This document shows positions 35,686 to 44,804 of a DNA stretch of 64,000 bases, piece after piece. The notes under the pieces were generated by a model. That model saw nothing but the letters and a program-made list of their open reading frames with translations, had not been told where the DNA came from and searched no databases. Made by a program: the position numbers and the translations under genes. Numbering within the stretch: the first letter of the stretch is position 1; each line of letters opens with the position of its first letter. The DNA comes from Armatimonadia bacterium (GTDB lineage Bacteria; Armatimonadota; Zipacnadia; Zipacnadales; UBA11051): NCBI GenBank assembly GCA_039683575.1, contig JBDKRC010000137.1, positions 23,704-87,703 on the forward strand, in the 5' to 3' direction.

Positions 35686-35811
35686 TTTACTGCCAGCACG
35701 CAACGACCGCCGGGGGTCCGGCGGATCGGGCGGTTATCATACCACATCAGAGACAGCGAAGGCTACACCCTATGCCGCTGCGGGCTCAGGAGCCCTGCGC
35801 AGACACCCCAA

Positions 35812-35839
35812 TAGGGCAGGCGTATGGTGCCTGCCCTAC
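35812..35839 (-). repeat. GTAG-type REP-like hairpin
   Basis: Minus strand GTAGGGCAGGC-accatac-GCCTGCCCTA. Confidence 0.5.
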
Positions 35840-35873
35840 TGGTTCGGTGCAGAGTTTGCGGGTTGTGATGAGC

Positions 35874-36920
35874 CTAGCTCGCCGGAACGGCGGGCGCAGC
35901 GGGCTGCTGGCCGGCCGGCGGGGCTGGGGCAGCGGGCTGCCCGGCCGGGGCCGGAGCAGCCGCGGGAGCCTTTGCACCCTCAGGCCGCTGCTCGCCAAAG
36001 GACGGCAGCGCCTGCTGCGGCTTGCCAAACATCTTCTCCATGTCCTTGTACTTCGGATCCAGGATCTGAACGCGAGCCGTATTGCGGGCTTCCTCGATGA
36101 TATCCTGAACCTGGCGCGCGTTCTGCAGCACATACTGCTCCTTCACGCGCTCCTTGATCTTCGGGTTGCTGAAGTCGGCCTTCTCCGCCGGGTTCTTGGC
36201 ATCCAGCTTGACGATATACCATTGGCTGTCAGCCTTGATCGGCTGGCTGATCTGCCCGACTGTCATGTTGGCAACGATGCCGCGCAGTCCCTCAGGCATG
36301 ACCTGCGTGATCGGCTCTTCAGGGCGAACGCCGCCGCGCTCACGGGTGTAGCCGGAAAGGGAATTCTGCCGGGCCAGTGTCGCAAAGGAGGCCTTCGGAT
36401 CGTTGAGTTGCTGCCTGATCTGGTCGGCCTTGGCCTTGTCAGCTACCACGATCTCGGAGAGAGTGACCGTCGCCGGGCGACCGAACTGCATTCGGTACTT
36501 CTCAAAGAACTTCTGCAGGTCCTGATCGGTGTACTTGACGTCCTTCTCAGCCAGCTTTTTGACCTTGAGTTGGAACGTCACGAAATCCTTGAACTGGACT
36601 TCAGTCATGCCCTGCTGCTTGAGAAAGCCCTGCCACGCCGCATCGTCCGGGGCGCGCTCACGCAGCTTCTGAATCTCGCCATTGATCTCGGCATCCGTAA
36701 CCTGCAGCTTGGCCGCGTCGAACTGTGACTGCAGCATACGCCGTGCGATCAGGTCCGCCAGCACCTGCTGGCCGCCCGTCTGCTCCAGCCGATCGTAGAA
36801 TTCCTTCTTGCTGATCCGGCTGCCATTGACGATGGCAACAGGCTGATTGCTGCAGCCGATGACCGTCAAGGTCGCCACCGCTGCCAAGAGCACCGACAAC
36901 GACCGGCATAGCTTGCGCAA
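35874..36920 (-). CDS. prsA: PrsA/SurA-like parvulin foldase lipoprotein
   Basis: Lipobox VIGC, VAIVNG..I, F..LARQNS, G.ISQPIK. Confidence 0.8.
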   Translation of the reverse strand: MRKLCRSLSVLLAAVATLTVIGCSNQPVAIVNGSRISKKEFYDRLEQTGGQQVLADLIARRMLQSQFDAAKLQVTDAEINGEIQKLRERAPDDAAWQGFLKQQGMTEVQFKDFVTFQLKVKKLAEKDVKYTDQDLQKFFEKYRMQFGRPATVTLSEIVVADKAKADQIRQQLNDPKASFATLARQNSLSGYTRERGGVRPEEPITQVMPEGLRGIVANMTVGQISQPIKADSQWYIVKLDAKNPAEKADFSNPKIKERVKEQYVLQNARQVQDIIEEARNTARVQILDPKYKDMEKMFGKPQQALPSFGEQRPEGAKAPAAAPAPAGQPAAPAPPAGQQPAAPAVPAS

Positions 36921-37130
36921 AAGAATCGCCTCTTTCCTGTGAATGGGCCGTCCACCATGCAGGCCATTGATGGCCTACAGGCCATTGATGGCTCAAGCGC
37001 GCCCAGAACGCACGACAGCAGCGCGAGGACAGGCAACAACGTGCCTGCTCGCCCTGCACGTTCGCCGCATTATAGCAGAAGACTCTGGAAAACTAAACAA
37101 GCAAATAGTGGGAAGAAGTGCCCGGCCGGG

Positions 37131-37892
37131 CTAATCAAGCCGCAATTCCCGCTGCACCGAGGCTCGCAGCCGGGCCGTGGCCTGAGTGTGGATCTGGCAG
37201 ATCCGGGACTCGGTGACGCCCATGATCTCGCCAATCTCCTTGAGGGTCAGTTCCTGCTCATAGTAGAGGCTTATTACCGTCCGTTCACGGTCTGGCAGAG
37301 CCAGGACCGCCGCTGCCACGAGCCGCCGCAACTCCACCTTCTCCATCACCGCCAGTGGGTCTGCGAACTCTTCGGAGACCTCGATACCGGCATAGTCAGC
37401 GATCTCATGCGGCTCATCCCCCAGCAGCAACTCCTCGATCGAGCCGATGGTAGCGATGCTTGCCGCGGACAGGAAACGATGATACTCCGGCAATTCCATC
37501 CCCATTGCCTCGGCGACTTCCTCCTCCTCCGGAGCACGCAGTAGCCGCCCTTCCAACTCGTTGATGACTTCCGCCAGTTGCCGCAGCTTGCGGCGCATGC
37601 TCCGCGGGGCCCAATCCTTGGCTCTCAGCGACTCCATGACCTCGCCCCGCACTACCGTGGTGGCATAGGTCTCAAACTTCACTCCGCGGTCCGGGTCGAA
37701 GCGATCCACGGCCTTGATCAGGCCGAGAATGCCCGCTGACACCAGGTCCTCGCGGTCCACGTTGTTCGGCAGATGGGTGGTGATGCGGCCGACAACATAC
37801 TTCACAATCCTGACGTGGTCACGGATCACCTGCTCGCGCTCTGCAGGCGTCTGGCACCACTCAGCAACTATCTGCCGAACCGTAGCGCTCAG
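37131..37892 (-). CDS. fliA: FliA/WhiG (sigma28) family sigma factor; probable CTG start
   Basis: DLVSAGILGL..AVDRFDPDRGVKFETYA, DWAPRS, LTLKEIG..GVTESRICQIH; first canonical start is 37829. Confidence 0.85.
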   Translation of the reverse strand: MSATVRQIVAEWCQTPAEREQVIRDHVRIVKYVVGRITTHLPNNVDREDLVSAGILGLIKAVDRFDPDRGVKFETYATTVVRGEVMESLRAKDWAPRSMRRKLRQLAEVINELEGRLLRAPEEEEVAEAMGMELPEYHRFLSAASIATIGSIEELLLGDEPHEIADYAGIEVSEEFADPLAVMEKVELRRLVAAAVLALPDRERTVISLYYEQELTLKEIGEIMGVTESRICQIHTQATARLRASVQRELRLD

Positions 37893-39892
37893 ATTGCTCC
37901 CTCCTTTATCACGGTCGCGACCGGGTCGGCCATGGGCACCTGGGCGGTGTGGATCGTGTGAACTTCAGTCAGCGGCAGCAGTTCCGCGGCCTGCACGGCG
38001 CGAAGGGCCGCGCCTGACTCTGCGATGAGTTGTGCCACCGCTCCGCGAGTCCGGGCGGTGCATAGTACGGTCGCCGGGTGCCCCGGGGCGCCGAGACGCT
38101 CTGCCAACTGCCTCAACATCGCGAACCATAGCGCTGCACGCTGAGGAGCCAAGGCCAGCGGCAGCCCCGAACGGTCCACGGCCGTTGCCAGTTCCTGCTC
38201 CAGTTCGCGCGCGAGTTCAACCACTTCGACGAAGCCACCGGGCGCCACCAGCCGCGTAATCGTCTGCGCCAGCGCGGGTCGCGCTGCCTCTGCCAGGTCG
38301 GCCGCTGTTCGGCCCTGCGCGGTTGCCAGCGCCTCCAGGAGCGATATCCGTTCAGTCAGGGGCACGCCCTCCGCCAACAGGCATCTGCCCACCTCACGCA
38401 CGTCGCTCAGCGTTACCCCTGCCTGCCTGACCGCCGCCACTGTCGCCGGATGCGTTACCTCCGCCATCTGCAGCAGTTCGGTCGCCCGCTGCAGGTCAAA
38501 CAGCTCGGCGGCATGGCTGGTCACTGACGCCCGCACGTGCAACACCAACACCGCCAGCGGGTCCAGGACATGGTAGCTCGCTGCGTCCAAAGGCTGGGCA
38601 TCGGTGTCTCGCAGCCAAGTCGCCTGCGCCCCATCCGGAAGGGCGGTTTCCAGCCCACCGCCCGGTAGCACCGCCTCCGCTACCGGAGCCACGAGCAAGC
38701 GCCCCGGGCGCAGTGTCGCCTCGGTGACCGTGCTGCCGCCCAACACGATGCGAAAACTGTTGCCCTGCAGGCCCTGCTCATCAGTCACGGCAAAAGGTGG
38801 CACCGCGAAGCCCAATTCGTCCGATAGCGCCCCGCGTGTCTTCGCCAGCAGCCCTGGCAAGTCGTGTCCGGCCACCAGGCCGATCAAGCCGAGGCCCAGC
38901 CGCAGTTCCAGTTGTCCTGCAGGCTGCTCCTCAGGCGGAGGGGGTTGCGACCACTGTGCACGGTGCAAGTACAAGCCGCAGGCGCCCACAAGCGCCGCCG
39001 ACAGCAGCAGTGGAGCCTTCGCTATCCCCGGAGCCAGTCCCACCAACAACAGGGCCATCGCCACTGCCCCGATCAGCGCGGGACGCGCCACCAGTTCGCG
39101 CAGGAACGGTCCGCCTTCCGGCTGCTCCGCTGTCCGCGCCAGCAGCAGCGCCGCCGCGGCCCCCATCAGGATCGCCGAGATCATCAGGATCGTCGCCTGT
39201 CCCAGGGCGGGAATGGCCTGATCGGCCACCGGCATCCCGTTTGCCATGCCGGCCAGCGGAATGGCAACGGTGATCACCACTATGGCGATGGCGTCCCCCT
39301 TAAGAAACCGGGCCACCCCATCCATCGCGCCAAAGAAGCTCTGCTGGGCCTCCATCCGCCGCGCCTCGGCCGCTCCGGCTTCAGGAGTGAGACGTCCCGC
39401 CGAGAGCGCCGCCTCAAGTGCCATCTGCTTGCCTGGCATGGCGTCGAGCGCAAAGCGCGCAGCAACTTCGGCAAGGCGCATGACACCGAGGTTGATCACT
39501 ATGAAGGTGACAATTACCAGCAAGGCCAGCAGCACCACGGCGCTGAGAATCTGGCTCCCGCCGCCGGTCATCTGCATCCCGAGACTCTGTGCCAGCGAGC
39601 CCGCAGCGCCTCCGGTCGTGACTGCCCGCAGCGCCCCGAGGCACAGCCCCACCCGGAGCAGGCTCGCCGTCACCATCACCACGGGCAGCGAAGCAAACCG
39701 CTCGACGCTTGCGGCCGAGGCCGCCAGAATCAGTACGGCCACCGCCAGCGCCAGATTAGCCGCGAATAGCGCGTCGAGCACCACGCCCGGCAGCGGCATC
39801 ACCAGCAACGCGAGCGCGACCAGCACGGCCAGCATTACCACGTGTTCACGTGTCAGCTTGAGCCTGGTTATTGGGCCGAGCAACTCAGCCAC
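37889..39892 (-). CDS. flhA: FlhA/SctV export gate protein
   Basis: RLAEVAARFALDAMPGKQM, FFGAMDGVARFLKGDAIA; GGAGG before GTG 39892. Confidence 0.85.
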   Translation of the reverse strand: MAELLGPITRLKLTREHVVMLAVLVALALLVMPLPGVVLDALFAANLALAVAVLILAASAASVERFASLPVVMVTASLLRVGLCLGALRAVTTGGAAGSLAQSLGMQMTGGGSQILSAVVLLALLVIVTFIVINLGVMRLAEVAARFALDAMPGKQMALEAALSAGRLTPEAGAAEARRMEAQQSFFGAMDGVARFLKGDAIAIVVITVAIPLAGMANGMPVADQAIPALGQATILMISAILMGAAAALLLARTAEQPEGGPFLRELVARPALIGAVAMALLLVGLAPGIAKAPLLLSAALVGACGLYLHRAQWSQPPPPEEQPAGQLELRLGLGLIGLVAGHDLPGLLAKTRGALSDELGFAVPPFAVTDEQGLQGNSFRIVLGGSTVTEATLRPGRLLVAPVAEAVLPGGGLETALPDGAQATWLRDTDAQPLDAASYHVLDPLAVLVLHVRASVTSHAAELFDLQRATELLQMAEVTHPATVAAVRQAGVTLSDVREVGRCLLAEGVPLTERISLLEALATAQGRTAADLAEAARPALAQTITRLVAPGGFVEVVELARELEQELATAVDRSGLPLALAPQRAALWFAMLRQLAERLGAPGHPATVLCTARTRGAVAQLIAESGAALRAVQAAELLPLTEVHTIHTAQVPMADPVATVIKEGAI

Positions 39893-39911
39893 GTAGCCCC
39901 TCCGTAATCGA

Positions 39912-40613
39912 TCATGAGCTTCTGCCCTTCCTTGCCCGCCGCTTCGCGAGCCCCGGCCCCTCCGTCTCCTTCTGCTCATCAAGAAGCTCCCGGTGTGACA
40001 GACGCGCCTGTTGCATGTATGCCGCCCGCGTCCACAGCAGGTGTAGCAGCGCCATGCCAACGAGCACCGCGAGCCATCTCCCCCACGCCTGCGCCAGCGC
40101 CGGCCGCGCCCAGAGTTCCTGCCAACTCTCCGCCCGGCCCCACGCTCCCAACAGCCCCGCCAGCACTACTCCTCCACCAGCAAGTGCCACCGTCCCCAGC
40201 ATCAGCCCCGGCCACTGCACTCCTCCACGCTTGGCCCGCCGCAAGCTTTTTCGCATCAGCCCCACGCTCTCTCCACTCCCTGCCTCACCCGTCTGCAGTC
40301 CCCGTGCGAGTGCTGCCACTATCGCAGCCGCGCCGCCCAGCGCTGTGATGACAAGCGCGCCCAGACCCAGGTGCCATGCCAGCAGGCTCCGAAGGCGCGC
40401 TGGCTCGTGCGCCACCAGTGCTTCATGCTGCAAGTCACGTGCCAGAACCAGCCGCGCGAGGTGCAGAAGCTGTGGGCCGAGGAATATCAGCCCCAGCGTC
40501 GCCCCAACCAGCACTGCCGCGCCAGTTAGCGCGGTCGTATCCGGTATCACCCCCGCTTGCCGCAACCGCGCCAGCCGTCGTGCTGTTGGTGGATAGCGCT
40601 TCAGCTCATCCAT
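39912..40613 (-). CDS. flhB: FlhB-like protein, membrane domain only (no NPTH domain)
   Basis: PPTARRL..LR..G N-terminal motif; ends RLSHRELLDEQKETEGP..KRRAR; position between fliR and flhA. Confidence 0.75.
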   Translation of the reverse strand: MDELKRYPPTARRLARLRQAGVIPDTTALTGAAVLVGATLGLIFLGPQLLHLARLVLARDLQHEALVAHEPARLRSLLAWHLGLGALVITALGGAAAIVAALARGLQTGEAGSGESVGLMRKSLRRAKRGGVQWPGLMLGTVALAGGGVVLAGLLGAWGRAESWQELWARPALAQAWGRWLAVLVGMALLHLLWTRAAYMQQARLSHRELLDEQKETEGPGLAKRRARKGRSS

Positions 40614-41337
40614 GCTGCGCCAGCCAGCGGACAAGCTCCCGCGCCGTCTCGTTCATCTGCCCGAGCATGAAGCCGCCAAGCAGTGGGGCGACGACCACCA
40701 GCGCCACGAGTGTCACGAGGTATCGCAGCCCGACCGCTACCTCCAGCGCCTGCAACCCCACCAGACATCGCTGTGCCGAGGCCGCGATCAGCGAGGCGAG
40801 CACCACCGCCAGCACCATCGGGGCTGCCGCGGCCAGGGCGACGGCGAGGAGCCTTGCCGGCCAGTAGAGCCACAGCGGGTGCGCCAGTAGTGGCGTCGTG
40901 CCGAGTAGCGGCAGAGCTTGATATGAGTCGCGAAGCAGCGCGATGAGCCAGTGAGGACCGTTCAGCACCACAAACAGTACTATGGCCAGCAAATACATCA
41001 GGTTGGCGACAGGGCCCTCTTCCCCATCCCCCACCAGGCCCTGCTCCGCCAGGTGGCCGGCGGCTTGCATGCCCCACACGGTAAGCCACAACCCGAAACC
41101 GAGAATCAGCCCAATCGCCACTTCGCGCACCAGCGCCGCGACATATAGCCCCACTGGCAGCAGCCTCACTCCGCCATCAAGCGACAACCCCAGGGGCAGC
41201 GCTACTACGGCAGCCACACCCAACCGCAGCGGCAACGGAAACTGCCGCGCGCCCGTCGGCGGCGCCAGCGACAGCGCGCCGGCGCACCGCCCGAAGACGA
41301 GCCCCCACAGTGGTAGATAGGCCGCCCAGTCTCCCAT
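40606..41337 (-). CDS. fliR: FliR export apparatus protein
   Basis: EVAIGLILG, QAAGHL, LNGPHWLI..L.DSY..LP, A.AAP. Confidence 0.85.
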   Translation of the reverse strand: MGDWAAYLPLWGLVFGRCAGALSLAPPTGARQFPLPLRLGVAAVVALPLGLSLDGGVRLLPVGLYVAALVREVAIGLILGFGLWLTVWGMQAAGHLAEQGLVGDGEEGPVANLMYLLAIVLFVVLNGPHWLIALLRDSYQALPLLGTTPLLAHPLWLYWPARLLAVALAAAAPMVLAVVLASLIAASAQRCLVGLQALEVAVGLRYLVTLVALVVVAPLLGGFMLGQMNETARELVRWLAQHG

Positions 41338-41345
41338 CGAGGCCC

Positions 41346-41615
41346 TTACCTAACGAGCTGGGGCACGCCCAGCCACAGAGTAATCCAATGTTGTGCCATA
41401 AAGGTTAGCATCCAGGCACCGAAGAGCAATAGGGCCACCGCTGCGGCCAACAGCCTCGGCGGGACGAGCGAGGCACCGTCAGGCTGAACGAGGGCCCCTT
41501 GCAGCAGGTTGGCAACGAGCCCCCCCGCCGCAATCGCACCCAGCAGCGGCAGGGCCACCCAGACGCCGAATAGCAGCCAGCTCTGCAGCAGGTTGATTCC
41601 AGTTGGCCAGTACAT
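41346..41615 (-). CDS. fliQ: Divergent FliQ export apparatus protein
   Basis: 89 aa; ALPLL..GL..LLQG...PPRL...GAWML; directly before fliR. Confidence 0.7.
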   Translation of the reverse strand: MYWPTGINLLQSWLLFGVWVALPLLGAIAAGGLVANLLQGALVQPDGASLVPPRLLAAAVALLLFGAWMLTFMAQHWITLWLGVPQLVR

Positions 41616-41646
41616 GCAGTCTCCATTCACGGGGCGCAGACCCCCG

Positions 41647-41675
41647 TTGACCCTGCACCGCAGATATGTCACAAT
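41647..41675 (+). promoter_or_regulatory. sigma70 promoter of the inserted lipoprotein gene
   Basis: TTGACC-17-CACAAT with TGn extension. Confidence 0.5.
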
Positions 41676-41724
41676 GCTGATCAACTTCTACCGCATCTAC
41701 CACTACCTCCACGGGGTGAAGCCG

Positions 41725-42570
41725 ATGTCCCGCCGCCTATTAGCCGCCCTCTTGCTCCCGTTAGCCCTGCTCATTACCGGCTGTGGTGGCGGTGGCAGTA
41801 CGCCCGTGCAGATCGCGGGCGATTTCTTTCCCCTGACCATCGGCCAGACGTGGAATTTCAATGTAGCCTTCACGATCAGGAGCGAGGGGCAGTCGCTCAC
41901 CGACCTCCAGGGGACGATGACGCGGACCCTGGTCGGGCGGGAGAGCATCACGGTTGACGGCAGACCATGCTCGACGTACGTCTTTGAGCACGAGTACACC
42001 GTCTCCAACGCACCAGACCTCAGCGGCTTCGGCAACGCGGCCCTGCGTGAGGCTCTGGGACTGCTCTTCTCCCCGGATGGCGGGCTGCAGAAAGTCCGCA
42101 GCTACTACACCGTCAGCGAGGACGCGGCTGATGGTTCCGACCGCATCACCCTCGTGGCCGTCTCCGAGGGAGACGGTCCGGTTGAGGCTATTCCAACCCC
42201 GCGCCCCTACTTGCTGAACCCGCCATATGACGGGCTCATGCAGGATGCCAGCCGCTGCTTCCCCCAGATGCCGCTCATGCCGCCTATGGACACGATCTCC
42301 AGTTCCAGGGCCACTGAGAAGCTGCTGGACTATGGTGATACCGGCGGCCCCCTGGGCACGCGCCGGTCAGTGGTCGCGATTTGCTACTTCGAGGCAGACG
42401 TCAACTTCGGTGCTTCGAGCGGTTCAATCGATGGGCGCGCACGCACTTTCTATCAAGACGGAGTTGGGATGAGCGCCAATCTCGCCGAACCATCAGACTG
42501 GTCGGCGACGGTTACTGTGCCTGGGGGTAGCGCCATCGTCACCTCGACCCTGCGCTTCGCCAACCAGTAG
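41725..42570 (+). CDS. Hypothetical lipoprotein
   Basis: MSRRLLAALLLPLALLITG-CGGGGS; FFPLTIGQTWNF. Confidence 0.75.
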   Translation: MSRRLLAALLLPLALLITGCGGGGSTPVQIAGDFFPLTIGQTWNFNVAFTIRSEGQSLTDLQGTMTRTLVGRESITVDGRPCSTYVFEHEYTVSNAPDLSGFGNAALREALGLLFSPDGGLQKVRSYYTVSEDAADGSDRITLVAVSEGDGPVEAIPTPRPYLLNPPYDGLMQDASRCFPQMPLMPPMDTISSSRATEKLLDYGDTGGPLGTRRSVVAICYFEADVNFGASSGSIDGRARTFYQDGVGMSANLAEPSDWSATVTVPGGSAIVTSTLRFANQ

Positions 42571-42592
42571 CACCCTCTGTCACTAGCCCCCG

Positions 42593-42629
42593 AAACGCAC
42601 CGTCCACTCCGTGGCGGTGCGTTTGCTTT
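42593..42629. terminator. Terminator between the convergent lipoprotein gene and fliP
   Basis: AAACGCACCG...CGGTGCGTTT then GCTTT. Confidence 0.6.
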
Positions 42630-42635
42630 GGGGCG

Positions 42636-43352
42636 CTACATGCTTCGAATCAGGGTATCGGCCAGCAGTCGCCAGCCGTCCACCATCACGAACAGCAGTA
42701 TTTTGAAGGGCAGGGAGATCATTGCCTGCGGGAGCGACACCAACCCCAGCGAGGCAATAGTCCCCGCAACCACCAACTCGATCACCAGGAAGGGCAGATA
42801 GATCACGAAGCCGATGATGAACGCAGCGCGCAACTCCGAGATCACGTAAGCCGCCGCGAGCGTGGGGAAGGCTGGTTGTCCGTCAGTGCGAGGAGGTGAC
42901 TTCTCGTAGTGGCGAAATAGCGCCAGGTCCTCCCCCCGTGCGTGGGCCGAGAGATATTTCCGCACCGGCCCCTCGGCAGCATTCGCCGCCGCCGTGAGCG
43001 ACGTCTTCCCCGCCAGCAACGGCTGCACTGCCCGCTCATTCACCAGCCCGAGCGTCCCGCTCATCGTGAACACCGTCAGCAGGATCGCAAGCCCAATCAG
43101 CACGGGGTTGGGGAGAATCTGCTGCGACCCGAGGCCTGCCCGCAGGAAGAACAGCACCACCGCAATGCGCAGGAATGACGTCAGCACTGCGAGCAGCGCC
43201 GGAGCCAGCGACACCGAAGCAAACAGCAGCACCAGCCGCAGGTACGAGGTCTCATTTCCCCCGCCCAGATCCACCCGCACCGCCCCTGCCTGCTGGGCCT
43301 GCACAGGCGCCCACACGAGAGCCAGGGCCCCGAGCCATACCAGCCGTCTCAA
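42636..43352 (-). CDS. fliP: FliP export apparatus protein
   Basis: TSFLRI..V..LRAGLGSQQ.LPNPVL.GLA, SELRAAF.IGF.IYLPFLVI, ISLPFKILLFV.VDGW. Confidence 0.92.
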   Translation of the reverse strand: MRRLVWLGALALVWAPVQAQQAGAVRVDLGGGNETSYLRLVLLFASVSLAPALLAVLTSFLRIAVVLFFLRAGLGSQQILPNPVLIGLAILLTVFTMSGTLGLVNERAVQPLLAGKTSLTAAANAAEGPVRKYLSAHARGEDLALFRHYEKSPPRTDGQPAFPTLAAAYVISELRAAFIIGFVIYLPFLVIELVVAGTIASLGLVSLPQAMISLPFKILLFVMVDGWRLLADTLIRSM

Positions 43353-43366
43353 GCCCGTAGCGCTGC

Positions 43367-43726
43367 TCAGCCCTCTTCCCCCCCTGCTTTTGCGACGTCC
43401 GTCTCAAGCAGCGTTACCCCCTGCGGCCCCGAGGCTACCAGGAGCGTCTGCCCTTCCACCTGCACGAGGTGCAACACGTTCCCGCCGGCGAGCGGCACGG
43501 ATTGCAGCACCTTCAGCGGTCCCTCACCTGTCAGGCGCAGGACGGGGCCTTGCAGCCGCCGCAAGAGGTAGTACGCGCCATAGATCAGGGCAACCACCAC
43601 GACCAGGCTGATCAGCGCCTGCAGCAGATATGGCCCTGGCTCATAGGCAGGCGGGGGCGCGACCTGCTGCTGTGCGCATGCCGCTCCGGCCACCACCGCT
43701 GCACCCGCTACCGCAAGCCACCTCAT
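43367..43726 (-). CDS. fliO: FliO/FliZ-like protein
   Basis: TM followed by LKVLQSVPL...LHLVQV.G..LLV...GVTLL; upstream of fliP. Confidence 0.75.
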   Translation of the reverse strand: MRWLAVAGAAVVAGAACAQQQVAPPPAYEPGPYLLQALISLVVVVALIYGAYYLLRRLQGPVLRLTGEGPLKVLQSVPLAGGNVLHLVQVEGQTLLVASGPQGVTLLETDVAKAGGEEG

Positions 43727-43995
43727 CGGCCAGCTACCTCAGTCACTCGCACCCCTAGCTGGTCTTCGACCATTACCACCTGGCCCAGTGCCACCACCCG
43801 GTCGCCGACCATTATCTCCGCCGGCTCGCCAACCTGCCGGTCCAGCACCAGCACGCTCCCTGCTCGCACCTTCAGAAGCTCTCCCAGCGGCACCTGCACC
43901 GTTCCCAGGCGCACCGTCACCTGCAGCGGCGCCTCGCTAAGGGATCCCAACTCATGCTCATTACTGCCAAGCACCGGCAACTTTTCGGCTACCAT
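43723..43995 (-). CDS. fliN: FliN (SPOA) C-ring protein
   Basis: V.LG....LGELL....GSVL.LDR.VGEP..I......A.GQVV.V....GVRVTE. Confidence 0.88.
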   Translation of the reverse strand: MVAEKLPVLGSNEHELGSLSEAPLQVTVRLGTVQVPLGELLKVRAGSVLVLDRQVGEPAEIMVGDRVVALGQVVMVEDQLGVRVTEVAGR

Positions 43996-44804
43996 GACAG
44001 GTCCTCCCGAACCGTAGCTACTTCCGTAACATGAACCGCCAGCCGCTCCCCCTTGGCTCCAACCTTGCCTCGCGCAAAGGCGTGCCCGTTCGCCGTCACC
44101 GCCGCCTGAAGATCCAGCGCCCCCAGTTGCAGCACATCGCCCGGTTGCAGGTCGAGCAGTTCCCGGAGCGTCAGGTCCACGCCCGGCATCATTGCCTCCA
44201 ACCGCACGACAGCCTGCTCAAGCGCTCCGAGGTCTATCGTCGCACTTTCTCTGCCTGCGTCACGGTATAACCGTCGCAGGCTCTCCCACGCGACCAGCAG
44301 CATGCCTTCACCCGTACTCTCGCCGATCCCAATCTCAAAATGCAGGCAAACGCATTCTGTGCCAGGCAACTGCCGCGTCTCTCCAATCGCCACTGCCCCC
44401 ACCGGCTGCGCAAACTCGGCCTGCACCTGCCCGGCCAAGTCTCTCAGCGGCAATTGCAGAAGCTCCAGGTCCGTGGCCGTTAACCTCTCGCGCGGGGCAA
44501 GGGCGCCATAGCCCAGCATCCCGGCCAGCACCGTCTCTGCCGCGGCGTGGTCCATCAACAGCACCCATTCCAGCCCCGGCTGCCCCCACCACGCTTCAAT
44601 GGCGCAGGAGCGTTGCTCAGGTTCGCGAAGTTCCCACCGCACCTCTCCAACGCGCGCCTGAAGGCTACTGAACCGGTTCAGGGAGGCTGTCACGACAGCG
44701 TGCAGCCGCGCTGCCAAGGCCGTCAGCGCGCGCTCTTCCGCCGGCGCCGGTGCCTCAGCGGCGGGTATGGGGTATTCCTTAGCCAGGTCCGCGGATACAA
44801 GCAT
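43989..44804 (-). CDS. fliM: FliM-like C-ring protein without the N-terminal CheY-binding peptide
   Basis: MLGYG, RLTATD, C-terminal SPOA LTLRELLDLQPGDVL. Confidence 0.7.
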   Translation of the reverse strand: MLVSADLAKEYPIPAAEAPAPAEERALTALAARLHAVVTASLNRFSSLQARVGEVRWELREPEQRSCAIEAWWGQPGLEWVLLMDHAAAETVLAGMLGYGALAPRERLTATDLELLQLPLRDLAGQVQAEFAQPVGAVAIGETRQLPGTECVCLHFEIGIGESTGEGMLLVAWESLRRLYRDAGRESATIDLGALEQAVVRLEAMMPGVDLTLRELLDLQPGDVLQLGALDLQAAVTANGHAFARGKVGAKGERLAVHVTEVATVREDLSW

